Shown here: positions 22,244 through 35,379 of the stretch, piece after piece
Layout of the letters: the number at the start of each line of letters is the position of its first letter
How positions within the stretch are numbered: position 1 is the first letter of the stretch
Origin: Sphaerodactylus townsendi
Lineage: Eukaryota
Assembly: GCF_021028975.2 (NCBI RefSeq)
Contig: NC_059439.1
Coordinates: 22,878,001 to 22,942,000, forward strand
Direction of reading: 5' to 3'
DNA: 64,000 nt
Notes under the pieces: model-generated
What the model saw: the letters and a program-made list of their open reading frames with translations, nothing else
What the model was told of the DNA's origin: nothing
Databases searched by the model: none
Program-made: the position numbers and the translations under genes

Positions 22244-23572
22244 TAGGCAGACCTAATTTGGGGATGAAATTAATTTTCTTTTTAAAAAATTCGTCAAATA
22301 TTTTACATGATGCAGTTATATTTATTAATGTAGATACCTAAGAGTCAGTTACACACTGTAAATAGTGAATAATTGAAAAGGAAATGGAAGAGAAAATTAA
22401 AAGTATGAAGCAGATGTTACCTTTTTATGCCTGTCATCCAGCTTCTATAAATGTGCATTCTTCTTCCTTCTTGTATTTCTACTAGTTTCAGACTTTTCCA
22501 CTTACTTGGGTTCTGGACCCCTCAAATTTTCCGAGTTTCCTGCCTCTTCCAACTCGCTGATATTAATTGCCATCTGTTCTTTATCATATCCCTTACCAAC
22601 TCCAATAACTGTTTCCCAGTTTTATTGCTTGCAATGATTGCTTTACATATTTGCAAATAACAGTAACCAATCTATAATTTCATTATATATGTTGTAAAAA
22701 AATTACAACAGAGATTTGTCATGTAGACAAAGATATGTTTACACAATAAGGCTCTGGGGAGTATTATTGAATCAGGAGACTAGTTTATCTTTAATATGCT
22801 GCTCACATATGAGAAAAACAGTGTTGCTAACAGTAACTATTGTTCATCTAATAGTCCTCTGTGCAGGCACACATAGGACTGAGCTTGTGCAGGCCATCCA
22901 TAGATCACAAAAAAAATTCTGATGCCAAAAAAATTGAGCTTTAGGTCAACATTTGGGTGGTCTCCTTTCCTCCATCACAGCCTGGACTGGCCCAGTCCCC
23001 ACCCAGGTCACAGGACTGGGGAGGAGAGGGGCACCCTTCCCTCTGGATCTTCCCTCACTGCCATGAGGAGACACCACCCAGGAATGATGATGACAACCCA
23101 CAGAAGGGAAGGAGGGAAAGACATGTACCTATATTGAACTTATAGCAATACCATTTTTCATCTGTGTGGCTTCTGTGCAGTCCCATGTGGGAGAATAGAA
23201 AGCTTACAACTGTGAAGCACTGATTGCAATACAGCATGGCCCACATTCATCTCAGCCCTAGCATCGACATCCACAGCTTAATGGTTGATGAAAATCAAGG
23301 GAGTAGATCACATAGCTGCTCTTCATACCCTGCCAATAAAGCATCAGTAGTCACCAAGATAGATGAGGCTTGTGCCCCTAAGGGCAGGTTACTATTATCC
23401 AGTCATCATTTCAGGGACTTAAGAACATATCTGGGAATTGATAGTCTCTACCATTGAAGGTTCACCTTGATTCTGAAGGCTCTCACAAATCAATTTTGTA
23501 TGGGGTGCATGCGAAGCCTAGCGAAGCACACAGTGGACACAGTCAATGCCATTAAAACCAAGTAATTTCTGA

Positions 23573-23654
23573 ATGTTCCTCTGCCCTCCCCCAAGATATG
23601 AAGGCCCAGGTATATACCTGGGCCTTTATATCTTGGGGGAGGGCAGAGGAACAT
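23573..23654. repeat. 82-bp near-perfect loopless palindrome
   Basis: 41-bp arms ATGTTCCTCTGCCCTCCCCCAAGATAT(G/A)AAGGCCCAGGTAT with one mismatch, centred at 23613/23614. Confidence 0.97.
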
Positions 23655-24047
23655 AATAACGAGTTTATTTGGTAAAGTATTCTGCTTGGTTTATCCTGGA
23701 TTTCATGTTCATCTGTTTCATTTGATTGCCCAGGGTTTTTTAATTTTTGAGCATGAGAACCTTTAGTGAATTCTTTGCAGACCTCAGGACAGAATGGATT
23801 ATAGCACTAATTTCAGTTAATTATATGATATTTATCCACTGAAAAGACTTTCCCTCTGATGCAAGTGGTCCTGGCACTGACAGAGAATCCTCTTGTGTCT
23901 GAAAACAAGTTTCTTGCATGAGAAAGATGCTCCACCATTTCCTGAGCAGTGTGGTAGTAATCATAGAAGGAAAGCTATCCTCATATTCTATTTTTACACT
24001 AAAATAACAACCCTTGCCCAGATATCATTTAAACAATAGACTTTTCT

Positions 24048-24986
24048 TCAGTTTTTTTGGAAGTGAAAGTATTTACTAGTGAATTTCTTGAAGGCAGCAT
24101 TCACTTCTTTATTTCTGAAGCTATAGACAAGAGGGTTAACCAGCGGTGTTAAAACAGTGTAGAAAACCGAGAAGATTTTCTTAATGTCCGAAGTTGAAGG
24201 TGAGGATGGCACAATATACACCAAAATCAGAGTCCCAAAGAATGATGTCACCACAATCAGATGAGAAGAGCAAGTCGAAAATGCTTTTTGTCTGCCTAAG
24301 GTTGATGGGATCCTTAAAATAGTAGCAATGATACAAATGTAGGAAGTCAGGGTTAAAAGAAAAGGAGGAAGAGCACAGACTGTAGAGAATAAGAGATCAA
24401 CTAATGTAATCAGGGATGTGTCACTGCATGAAAGCTTCATCAGTGGAGCAAAATCACAAAAGAAATGGTCAATTTCATTGGGCCCACAAAAAGTTAATTG
24501 GGACATGAAAGATACTATGACTGTGTTCACCGCAAAGCCACCGATCCAAGAACTGGAAGCTAAAATAAAACACATCTTGTTATTCATGAGATGTGGATAT
24601 TGGAGAGGACTGCATATCGCTGAATACCGATCGTAAGACATGGCTGATAACAGAAAACATTCAGTTCCTGCCAAGCAGCCAAAGAAATAAAATTGTGCTA
24701 TGCAGCCACTAACAGAAATGGTTCTGTCCCCATTAAGGAAACTGACTAGTAGTCTAGGTAGGAGGGTTGAACTGTAGCAGGTTTCTAAGCAGGATAGGTT
24801 TCCTATGAAAAAGTACATTGGGGTGTGCAGGTGCTGATTAGCCACAACTAGAAGAATGATGAGGAGATTCCCAGTAATGGTCACAATGTAGATCAGTAGA
24901 AACAGCAGGAAAAGAAGAATCTGAAGATGGTGAAGCTCCCCGAATCCCAGCAAGAGGAATTCAGTGGTAACTGTGTGATTTTCCAT
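24048..24986 (-). CDS. Olfactory receptor, intact, 312 aa (OR11/6-like)
   Basis: All OR motifs present; the likely start is MENHT at 24986, directly after the acceptor tcttaccAG; AATAAA on the minus strand at 23669-23664. Confidence 0.96.
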   Translation of the reverse strand: MENHTVTTEFLLLGFGELHHLQILLFLLFLLIYIVTITGNLLIILLVVANQHLHTPMYFFIGNLSCLETCYSSTLLPRLLVSFLNGDRTISVSGCIAQFYFFGCLAGTECFLLSAMSYDRYSAICSPLQYPHLMNNKMCFILASSSWIGGFAVNTVIVSFMSQLTFCGPNEIDHFFCDFAPLMKLSCSDTSLITLVDLLFSTVCALPPFLLTLTSYICIIATILRIPSTLGRQKAFSTCSSHLIVVTSFFGTLILVYIVPSSPSTSDIKKIFSVFYTVLTPLVNPLVYSFRNKEVNAAFKKFTSKYFHFQKN

Positions 24987-25566
24987 CTGGTAAGACACAT
25001 TTCCTCTGCTGTTCATTATGATGATCAAAAATATGTTGTTGTATTACCACTCTGGAAAATAAAAGATCAGATGTTAGGATAGTAAGAGCCATTGTCTTAA
25101 CCGACACAGATTATGATCAAGTACAATGTTCATTGATATCTCAATGGAGGGAGGAAGTAGATCCCTGGGGATATGTCACACAATTCAGTTTGCCAATTCA
25201 TTCTGTAGCAGAAAGACACGTTGTGCCCCTCCTCTGGTCATCATACATTATATGCACAGGACAGGTTTCAACCTCAGTATAAGGCCCTCAGATATTGCAC
25301 ATCTCTTCATCAGCTTCAGGTGGAACTATTCACTAATGTGAGAGAAAGTAGTGTGGTTTGGAACAGTTTTGGGTACCCTTTACCCCACTGAGAATGAATT
25401 CTGATTCTGTCTTTAAAGGGTTACCCTAAATTCGGTTTCTTATTCAATAACAGTGAGACAGTGTCGGGTACAGATTGTCTGTCTGTCTGTCTGTCTATTT
25501 CAGTAGCATTAGCTGCAGGAAAAACAATTTATTATTGCCCATATCCTACTGCTCTTCTCAGTATAG

Positions 25567-27134
25567 TCAATCAATCAATCAATCAATCAATTTTATTGAA
25601 AGCCATAGGCCATTACAATATTACAATATTATTACATTAAAACTTCTGAGCCAACTTGTTATTCCAACAGGTAAGAAAAAGAAAAAAAAATTCACTAAAA
25701 ATCCATCATGTGAACACTAAGTCTTTCACTTTCCCCCCCTACAGTATGTCTAGATTGTATTCCCACCTAACTTATACCAATTTAGGTTTGATCATTTACT
25801 TTATTACGTTGTTGGAGCGAATCTTTGTAGCTGCCAAGGCGAATAGGCCAACCCTATAGGATATATAGGGATCCAAATCCGCAAGGAGAAGGTATAATTT
25901 GTCTGACTCATAATATACCTGGGACAGGGATATGAAACTATTCAGAAACTTAGCCCTAGGCTCTGCGTACAGGGGGCAGTTCAGAACATAATGAGGTAAA
26001 TCCTCTACTTCCTGTTTGCAGATACAAATTCGTTGTTCAACTGGTATTTTGGCATATCTGCCTTCTAAATAATTTGTTGGCATTGTTTGAAATCGTAATG
26101 CTGTCATAGCCTTCCTTATCTTAAACTGAGTAATGCCAGCAAGATAGGAGGCTCTATGATGATCCTTTTTAAGGTGACTATACCAGGGAGCAAACTTGGA
26201 ATGTAAAATTATATCTCTGTCCATACAGTTATCTCCTTTGAATATCCAATCCCGAAGGTCGTGATTTAAAATTGGTGAAGAGAATAAATGATCTGGAACA
26301 GAATAACTGAGCAATATATTATTTAGGGAGGTATTATGTAATTTTGAGGCCTTTAGTAATATCTGCAGACTTTGATTCCCAAACGAAGTCGGTTTTAGTG
26401 AACTCTTTAACGTATTTCAAAATTGCCAATTCAGCTCGAGCTTTAATAGAAGGCAAACCGAGTTCTGCCCTAAGGAGGGCTGCTGGCGTTCCTTTAGGGA
26501 GTAGGAGAATTCGTTTAAGGAAGGAGTTTTGAATAGTTTCTATTTTATGTAGGACTTGGACATTCCATCCCCAAATCTCTGTAGCATACAGTAACATAGA
26601 TATAACTTTAGTTTTAAAGATTTTTAGGGCTGGATCAACTAAATGACCTCCTTTTGTATGATAAAATCTCAATATTGCCCCAACAGATTTTTGGGCAGCT
26701 GCTTTGACCACTGCTAAGTGGGCATTCCAATTTAGTGAAGGGCTGAATGTAACACCTAAATATTTAAAATAATTGCATTGCTCTATAGGAATATTATGGA
26801 TGTTCCAACTGTATTTTCTTGGTCTTTTCTTGAACACCATTACCTTAGTTTTGGAATAGTTTATGGAGAGGGCCTCCTCTCTGCAGTACTCACCCAAACT
26901 ATATAGGAGTCTCCTTAAACCATTCCTTGTAAGTGAAACTAGGACCATATCATCTGCATAAAGCAGAATTGAAATTTTCTGTTTTCCTAGCGAGGGGGCA
27001 ACAAATTCATGGCCAGTCAGCTTAGGAATTATATCATTAATATAAAGATTGAATAAAATGGGGGCAAGTAAACAGCCCTGCTTGACTCCTTTCCCTGCTC
27101 TAAACCCATCTGTTAGAGAGCCTGAAAGTTTCAT
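25567..27134 (-). mobile_element. 5'-truncated non-LTR retrotransposon (RTE-X-like), RT C-terminus, CCHC finger and (ATTG)n tail
   Basis: GVKQGCLLAPILFNLYIND, LLYADDMVL, FKYLGV, LLYATEIWG and CICKQEVEDLPHYVLNCPLY motifs; the 3' end is aataaa-(attg)n at 25567-25597; one frameshift/stop near 26330. Confidence 0.9.
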
Positions 27135-29909
27135 TTAGACTAAGGGGCTTCCTTCCAGTTCAAGCAGCTTTTCTTATTTTTGAAGGTTTTTGATGCTGGA
27201 GGAAATCTTCAGACTTTGATTAGTAAAGTATTAGCATAAGGAGCACCAAGATAAATTTCAGTGGGCATGCTCAGGAGGAAGGCTCTAACAATAGCATGTC
27301 TTCAAAGGAATTCCTGCTACATTTGTGGAGTAGGGCATATAAAATACAGATGAAATACAGATAAAATACAGATGAGTCCTGAAAAATAGAACAGATTGGA
27401 AGAAAACTATTATATGAACTATGGATAGGCATTCTACCATAATTCTTGAGTTGATAAGATGAAAGTCTTACGAAAAGCTTATAAAACCAAAGACTTACCT
27501 TCATAAACAATGCAATTTTACTCTCATTGTATCCTTCCAGACGCTCACCATATTTTTCAACAATCTAAATCTTTCTTCTTTCTAAAATTATTAAAATACA
27601 TGAATGTATCTTGGCAATTTGTAACATGAAGGCTACTTATAATATGTTCTAATCTGTCCATTAGTAGTAAAGGATACATGTTTGCTATGTACTTAACATT
27701 CAGTCTCCAATGGGCTTTTACAGAAGTGTTCCGTTTATCCCACATGCACACTATAAATCCCCAAATGATCAAAACAGCAATGCAAACCCCAGAAGAAATG
27801 TTAGTCTTCAGGAAGTCCCAGATTTATTTTAACCAGATTCCCAAGTTAATCTATTATATCAAAAATATTGTTTGGCTTTGTACAGCATCAGACTATTGAT
27901 CTATATATCTCAGCAATATTGGTTATGAATGACAGCAGCTCTCAAGGTTCTCAAGCATGTAAGATCACTCCCCACAAGGCTAGAGGTAGTCAGAGTTTAT
28001 TTGCCAATTGCCATTGCCTGCCTCCACATAGGTTGAGAGACTTTTGAGAGAACTGAGACTGGTTCAAGATCACCCACCAGGGTTCATGTGGAAAAGTAGG
28101 GAAGTGAACGCAGTTCTCCAGATTATAGAATGACACTCTTAATCTACTACTAGGGTTGTGCAATCAGATAAAGCTGAGCCAACCTCCATATCAAAATACA
28201 ATTTGGAGGGGGGGGGTGGAGGTTGCAAAAAAAAAGCTATCCAAGCACGACCAAATATCCAAAGCCTAAAACATGTCAAAAAGTGTTACACTTTTATGGT
28301 TTTCTGCTATCTCTTCCCACTGTCTCTGCAGGGGGGCCGGCCAGCAGAGCTAAAGGCAGGGATCAGGTCACCCAATCCCTGCACTGAGATCTCCCCCCCC
28401 AAAAAAAAATTTGAAAGCTGAAAAAATTGGCATGGTGTTCCAGCTTGTTTTTTGTGGGTTTTTTTTTAAAAAAATCCAGATCTTGTAAACCTGAACCCAA
28501 AAAATATTGAAATACAGCTGAGTTAGTACAGCTGAGTTTCCCCACTTATAGAAGAGTGATACTGAGTGCAGTAAACAAATCTCCCAAGAAGTATATTGTA
28601 AAAAAGTAAAACTTTATTCATGTAGATTCAGTTCCCATTCAGGTTGCAGTCCAAAGGAAGCAAGAGAAGTCATGGCACTTCCCCTATCTCAAATGGCCAG
28701 CTTGTTTGACATCATGTATATGGAAGTATGAGGCATTGTTTTTACAGGAGAGACTTTTATGATTCCATAAAAAGTCATGTGGAGAGTGGGAACAACAATG
28801 GACACAGAGAGACAGGAGGGTTCAAAGGGCAGCTCCCAGATTAAGACAAAGGGAGTGTGTGGAGAAATTGTCTTTTTTAGCTTAATTACAGCCATGTTTG
28901 AGAGACCTTTTCCTCTTTAAGATAAAAATTTGTTTTCTGATTCTGTTCTCTTTAGACTTTGCAGCTGTAAAAAACCCTTTTTATCATCCAAGTCCATTGT
29001 TCTTAGAAGCTTTTACCACCTGAAAATTGTTAAGTGATAATGTCTCTAGACTGTGCTCAATTGGCTAAATGATTTTATTGGCTTGTAGTGATCACCTGAT
29101 GTAAGTTTGTTCTATAACTGTATTTCATTATTGTAATGACCCTTTTCTTCTCAATTCTATGGAATTTATTGGGTGCCAACCTGCTTTAGCACCTTAGAAT
29201 GATTTTTTTCTTGATGTTCTTGCTGTATGTGACTTGTGGTTATGTAATTATGGATTTCTTTTAATGTTATTGTTTTATTTTTATTTTTTATATTTATAGC
29301 TTTGGCAGTAACCCAACATTTCTTTTGAAAGTTTTGTGCATGTTGTTGGAAATGTTATTCAGGTTTATTTGCCTCTTAATGAACAAAAAAAATTATATGA
29401 GAGGTTCTTTCGCTTTGACTGCTTCTGTTACAAACCAAGTGAAACTTTCATGGTAGAAGGTGCAGCCTTGCATTACAGAGTGACATCCCATTCAAAGAAG
29501 AAAACACTTCTACACACTTGGCAGGATGTAGCACCCACCAGTGTCTAAGCATGCTGATTTATTCACTCCAACAATATCATGATAGTGGGAATAATGCTCT
29601 ACTATTTGGTTTTCTATAGAGGTTTTTTGAAGAAAATTCTATAGCAACACCCAACTGTTATTACAAAAACTTCCAGTTTCTGGCAGAAGTGATGTCACAC
29701 ACCAACATGATACCAGTCTGTCTGTCTCTAACCCCCAAATTCTGTCAGGGTATTAGGTGATAGCCTGAGACCCCTAACTAGAAGCTTTTGTTTTCTGTGG
29801 CAGGTTTAACTCATCCAAAAATAAAATTGTATATTACTTGTTGATGTATACTTTCCCCAGAAAGTTGCTGAAGGATAAACAAAAATGCAGACATTTCAAA
29901 TCTGTTTTA

Positions 29910-30811
29910 TTAACTCCTCCTCTCTATTATCAACTTCCTGGAATTGAGATCAGGTCTTAGAATAATTATGTAACATTTGGGGAAAAAGATGCAAGTCAAT
30001 AGCCCACTGTTAGAAGCCAAGATGGCAAAAATCTCTACAGCCACAATATGCTTTCCTTTAGTGCTCAGGTAAGCTGGAAGGAAAGAGATCCAAATGCTGC
30101 AAAACACCAGCATGCTGAAGGTGATGAACTTGGCTTCATTGAAAGTGTCTGGCAATTTTCTGGCTAAGAAAGCTACAATAAAGCTGATGATGGCCAGAAA
30201 ACCCATGTAGCCCAAGACACTGAAGAACATGGTGACTGAACCATCATTACATTCAAGTATGATCTGCTCAGCCTGTGAGTGCATGTCAGCATGTAGGAAA
30301 GGAGGAGTGGTGGATGCCCACGCAATACAAATGGCCACCTGAATGAGGGAGCAGGAAAGAACAATGAAGTTAGCCACACTTTTCCCTAGGAATTTTCTCA
30401 ACCTATTGCCTGGATTTGTGGCCTCGAAAGCCAGGACCACTATAATTGTTTTTGCCAACACACAAGAAACAGATACAGAAAAAGATATGCCAAAAGTCAT
30501 TTGTCGTATGAGGCAGGTCTCCTTGATTGGTTTGCCAATGAAGAACAGGCAAGAAAGATAGCAAAGCAGAATGCAGATGAGAAGAACGCAGGTCAAGTGC
30601 CGGTTGTTCACTGTGATGATGGGTGTATTCCAGTTCTTCAGGATGATCTGCACCACCAAACATGTGATCGCAGAAAAGGAAAAAGCAACAGAAAGTAAAA
30701 CTGTTCCCAAAGGCTCTTGGTAGGATAGGAAAGTGATGACCTTTTGACTGCATTGGTCTCGGTTTTTGTTTGGATACTGATCCTCGGGGCACTTGACACA
30801 GTAAACTGCAT
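29910..30811 (-). CDS. V2R (vomeronasal type-2 receptor) exon 6, end of the Cys-rich domain and 7TM
   Basis: [36 protein letters not shown] and [15 protein letters not shown] motifs (class C GPCR); acceptor ctgctccAG; 902 bp. Confidence 0.96.
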
Positions 30812-30984
30812 CTGGAGCAGACAAAGGCAAACAAATCTTTTACTTCCTAGTGGTGCTCTTTGTTTTTGTTAAACAAATATAACAAATGGTGGCTGAACTG
30901 ATCTTCTGGACACTTGTAGCTGATAAGGGTAATTTGCATTTTTATAACTTGGCATGCATAGACATTACTATAAAGAGGAAGAGG

Positions 30985-31200
30985 AGGAGGAGTTTGGACT
31001 TAAATCCCACCTTTCTGTCCTGTAAGGAGATTCAAGACGGCTTACAAGCTCCTTTCCATTCCTCTCCCCACAACAGACACCTGGTGAGGTAGGTGGGGCT
31101 GAGAGAGTTCTGAAGAAGGACCCTCTGCCACTCAGGTGGAGGAGTGGGGAATCAAACCCAGGTTTTCCAGATTAAAACCCATCTGCTCTTAACCACTACA
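30985..31200 (-). mobile_element. Squam3-like SINE, internally deleted
   Basis: Reverse complement of the 20481 SINE; other decayed copies at ~7060-7205, 15835-15930, 19000-19140, 21010-21160 and 27975-28150. Confidence 0.8.
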
Positions 31201-31514
31201 CAATTCTGAAGTTTGTGTATGTAATTCTTTGGGACTTTTTTTTAATCCTGCAAGGATACATTGCTTTCTTCTTCACCATCTTAAATTCATGACAACCCTA
31301 TGAGATAGAATAAGCCTACAGAGAGTATTTTATGTAGGATCACCCAGTAAACTCTGTGGCATACTGGGGGTTTGACCCTGGGTCTCCCTGCTTGTATGAG
31401 CAGATTTCAGCCACTATACTTCACTGACTCAAAAAAAGAGAGATTATTATAAAATACCCCAATGACTGCATGTGAAAGTATACTCCCCTTCAGAATCCAT
31501 GTACCATCACTTAC

Positions 31515-31641
31515 CAGTGCTATTAGAAATCATGTTTTCAGGGCATGGTGCACAATCATAGCAACAAGGTGATTTCCCTTCCTGAATTATCTGGCTGTGC
31601 CCAAACTGGCAGCTCTCAACACATTTGGATTGTGGCGGCAT
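31515..31641 (-). CDS. V2R exon 5 (cysteine-rich NCD3G domain), 127 bp, missing from the ORF track
   Basis: ctgcatAG|MPPQSKCVESCQFGHSQIIQEGKSPCCYDCAPCPENMISNST-G|GTAAG; phase 0 in and phase 1 out, joining exon 6 as Asp. Confidence 0.95.
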
Positions 31642-31683
31642 CTATGCAGAAACAATTGGAACCATTATTGTGCCAGTGTTTTA

Positions 31684-31824
31684 GGTTCATTCCGCACATG
31701 CAGAATAATGCACTTTCAAACTGCTTTCAGTGCTCTTTGAAGCTGTGCGGAGTGGCAAAATCCACTTGCAAACAGTTGTGAAAGTGGTTTGAAATCGCAT
31801 TATTTTGCATGTGAGGAAGGGTCC
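31684..31824. mobile_element. Harbinger-type MITE (AT-rich family) in V2R intron 4
   Basis: TTA|GGTTCATTCCGCAC ... GGAAGGGTCC|TTA. Confidence 0.9.
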
Positions 31825-32223
31825 TTAGTCTTGGTTGCCGTGTACGTCCTGCTTCATTCACTCTCAAACAGAGGCTGCCCATGAAATCTTTGCGTTTACG
31901 TCATTTCAGAGTTTGCAAAGGATATTGGCCTGACCTTTTATTTTTATTAAGACTTGACAGACATGAGGTACAAAGCCTCTGCTGATATTCTGGCTGCACC
32001 TGCCTCATTCCAAAGTTGAAACTTTTTTTATTGTTCAGAACTTAGCATAAATGTTACCTGTGCCCAGATGAAAGAAAATGTTTGAATCATATTTATTTAG
32101 ACCAGGTCTTTCAGTTGATAATATAGTGCCATTCCAGGACTGGGAAAAGAGATGGGATGAGTGGCCTTCAAAGTGCCTTTACAGTTCTAAATTTCCATGT
32201 CTCACACAGCCAGAATTAACTCA

Positions 32224-32648
32224 GGCCGTTTCTGCATGGCCCCCTCGCGCCCCCACGCCGGCAAGCGTGCGAGCAGGCAACAGGGAGGCCGGCAGAAGGC
32301 AGGCGGCTCCGCACGGAGCCGCCTCTGCGCCCTCCCCCGCCCCACTTACGGTGTCCTCCTCGTCGCCTGCGGGGCGTCGCAGCCCCGCCCACGCTGCCCT
32401 CCGACCCTGGAGGTAGGAGGACAGTGTGGGCGGGCTGCACTTCCCGCAGGCGTGAGGAGGACACCGTATTAGAGGGAGGAAAGCGTCTTCGGCGTGGCGG
32501 TTAGCACGCCAAGAGGGAAGGCGATCCTCCCAACAACAACCCTTTAGCGAGGGAAGAGGTGTCCGCCGCTGCTCGCGTTGCAGCAGCGGGCGCTATTTAG
32601 GCGGCCTTTTCCCCCAGGCCGTCGTTAATTGGCCGTGCGGAAACGGCC
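32224..32648. mobile_element. GC-rich Harbinger-type MITE in V2R intron 4
   Basis: TCA|GGCCGTTTCTGCATGGCC ... GGCCGTGCGGAAACGGCC|TCA; CpG-rich interior. Confidence 0.92.
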
Positions 32649-33171
32649 TCAGTTTTTTTAGCTATATTTCCCCTACTTAATTATCTTCCAACACTATACT
32701 GGTCCTTGCTTCATTTACTATCTTGGAGCCACAGTTTTGGGCAGTAGAGGAACTGTAAAAAGAAATTCTTTTGGTATCTGCATATTTAGCAGACACAAAG
32801 GAGAGGGGAATAATTAAGGAGATAAATCTTCTATACTACTTTCTCTATAATACTGCTTATTGGAAACGTCATATATTTAGATTGAAGAACAGTCTGTGTG
32901 TGTGTGGGGAGGGGGGGCAATTTAAATCCATTAATGAAATTTATTAAAACAGGATTTTTTAAATCATTCCTTTACTGTAACAGTCTTTCATGGTATGACT
33001 GAACACTTATAAAACTACAGCCACAAAACTTTCCCTTGTGCATTCAAGAAAAAAAAATGGTAGACACATCATCTCTCTCTAAAAGTGTGCAATGGACTTA
33101 ATCCAGTCAGTTCTTCTGCAGATGAAAAAGAATGATGCGTATCCATTTGGTTCACCTAAAAGACTCTCTAG

Positions 33172-33312
33172 GGCTTATTCCGCACATGCAGAATAATGTA
33201 CTTTCAAACTGCTTTCAGTGCTCTTTGAAGCTGTGCGGAATAGCAAAATCCACTTTCCAACAGTTGTGAAAGTGGTTTGAAAACGCATTATTTTGTGTGT
33301 GCGGAAGGGGCC
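33172..33312. mobile_element. Harbinger-type MITE (AT-rich family)
   Basis: TAG|GGCTTATTCCGCAC ... GTGCGGAAGGGGCC|TAG. Confidence 0.92.
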
Positions 33313-33565
33313 TAGGAGTCATTGGAGCAGCATGCAGAAAAACCATGTGGAGCAGGGGAAAACTGGGCTAGATTAAATAAAAGAGCTAGCTGCATCTAAC
33401 CCAATATGTTTATTAACACCATATTCATTGGTTTCAAATATGTTGTGTTTGCCAGAAGGAAAAAATAACAATTGCTTTGCAAAACAAGCCATAGTATATA
33501 ACCTACCTAGGGGAAAGTCTGGCATGTGATCTATAGCTATTCACCCACCTGGGCTTTTTTCTTAC

Positions 33566-33778
33566 CTGTTGCAATCTGTTACTCCACACAATGGTGTCCT
33601 CCCTGATGAAGAACTCATGACTTGGTAAAATTTTTCCAACCTTGACTTCAAGGAATGATTGATTAGGAAAAGTGACCCAGTTGATGATATCATACCCAAT
33701 AGATAATTCTCCACTTTCGAACAGGATTTCATGCAAAGCTCCATTGTTAAAATAGATATTTTCCAGGGAAGAGTGAAG
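33566..33778 (-). CDS. V2R exon 4, 213 bp
   Basis: aatctAG|LHSSLENIYFNNGALHEILF...GYDIINWVTFPNQSF...LQQ|GTAAG; phase 0/0. Confidence 0.95.
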
Positions 33779-33920
33779 CTAGATTAGGAGAGAAGACCTG
33801 TGAATATTGATGATGGAATCCATACATACAATGTTCCATTCATTTTGTCATTAGATGAGAAATTCAAAGAAATAAAATACACTAGTTTTTTCCCCTCATC
33901 CAACGTGAATGAGAGTCTGT

Positions 33921-34071
33921 GGCCCCTTCCGCACATGCGGAATAATCCACTTTCACTCCACTTCCACAACTGTTTGCAAGTGGGTTTTGCTCTTCCGCAC
34001 AGTAAAACCCGGCTGCAAAGTGCATTGAAAGTGGATTGGAAGTGCATTATTCTGCATGTGCGGAAGGGGCC
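33921..34071. mobile_element. Harbinger-type MITE (AT-rich family)
   Basis: TGT|GGCCCCTTCCGCACATGC ... GCATGTGCGGAAGGGGCC|TGT. Confidence 0.93.
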
Positions 34072-34563
34072 TGTATGATCGGAGTGCTGGTGTGATGTAG
34101 CGGTCAGAGCATTGGACTTGGATCTGAGAGACCAGGTGTGATTCCCCATTCAGAACCAGTCACTGGCTCTTTCTGCACAACACAAATAAAACATTCTGAG
34201 GAAGATAATTAAAATGTTTCCTGTAGGACTTCTGCACAGCTTTTTCCTTAACATTTTTGGTGTTTTATTTTTCCTCAAAGGGTTTTGTTTTGAAAACAGT
34301 AAACTAGCATCTTTTTTCCCTGAAACTGTTTTTAAAACATGTTCTGCTCACTGCACAGAAATCAGGCAATGTTTTAATTTTTCTGCTCTATTTTGAAGTT
34401 CGCACTTTTGTTTCTCTTGCACCTCCCATTTTTTGCTCAACACTTCTGCACCACTGTTCATTATTCAATTCAGCTTTTCACTTAAAGAAAGTTTCCTAAT
34501 GGTCATTTTAATTTTCCAGCTTCAACACAAATCCATGCTTATAAAAATCCATATTGACTATAC

Positions 34564-35379
34564 CTGCCATGGCTGAACATTCAAATCCTGGAACTTGCCT
34601 CTATGTGACATGATTCCTTGTTTGGATAAGTACATGAAATGTAAAGCATGAGCCACAGCATAGACAGCATTGTAGATTGCATAGCTCTGACCATTCATAT
34701 CCATCTCAAACCTCCTTATAGAAAGACTCTCCAACTTTTCATTTCCTGTACATTTTTCAAATTGTCCATGACTTTCACTGGACAGATGACAGTTGAAGGC
34801 ATCTTGCCAGAACAAACAGAGAAACTGCTTCATTGATTCATCTAGTTTGAAGTTCTGAAGAAAGTCCAAAAATCCTGGCACACTTTTAGTGCTGGTACTG
34901 AAGGACAAAGCACCCTGAAAATATTGTGCACCAATAAGTACCCCAGGCCTTGAGGTGCTGAAATACCATTGAGGTGGCAAAATCCAAACCTTTCCTATAT
35001 AGATCTTGGTGATGGATTCAAAAACAACTAGCTGGATTGTTAAGACACAGATTAAGTGAGAGGTTTCCTGGAGAATGATCACATTGACTTTAGTTAAAAG
35101 GAATGCAAGTCGGTGTTTCTCAAGAAGGTCGATCTTTAATATGTGCTTATGCAGAAAAGCAACACAAATGTTATTCTGGGCAAGGACAGGTGTGAAGTTC
35201 TGGAAAAAGCTTTCTCCTTCATCATCGTCTGAAATAATGAGACCAACCCATCTCCACTGGAAATGCAGAAGCAGCTGGACAATGCCCATGTGATGAGTGG
35301 ATTCTTTTGGTGAGATGCAGTGCAAAGACAGAGATCCAGTTTTCCCACAGAATGAACTCTTATGTGTACCATAAGTAAA
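34564..35379 (-). CDS. V2R exon 3, 816 bp (Venus flytrap domain)
   Basis: cctgttAG|FTYGTHK...GIVQLLLHFQWRWVG...SYAIYNAVYAVAHALH...VQPWQ|GTATAG; open frame, phase 0/0. Confidence 0.95.

Noticed and set aside
29910-30830. Stand-alone intronless 306-aa GPCR
   Set aside because: It is exon 6 of the spliced V2R; the ORF start lies in the intron.
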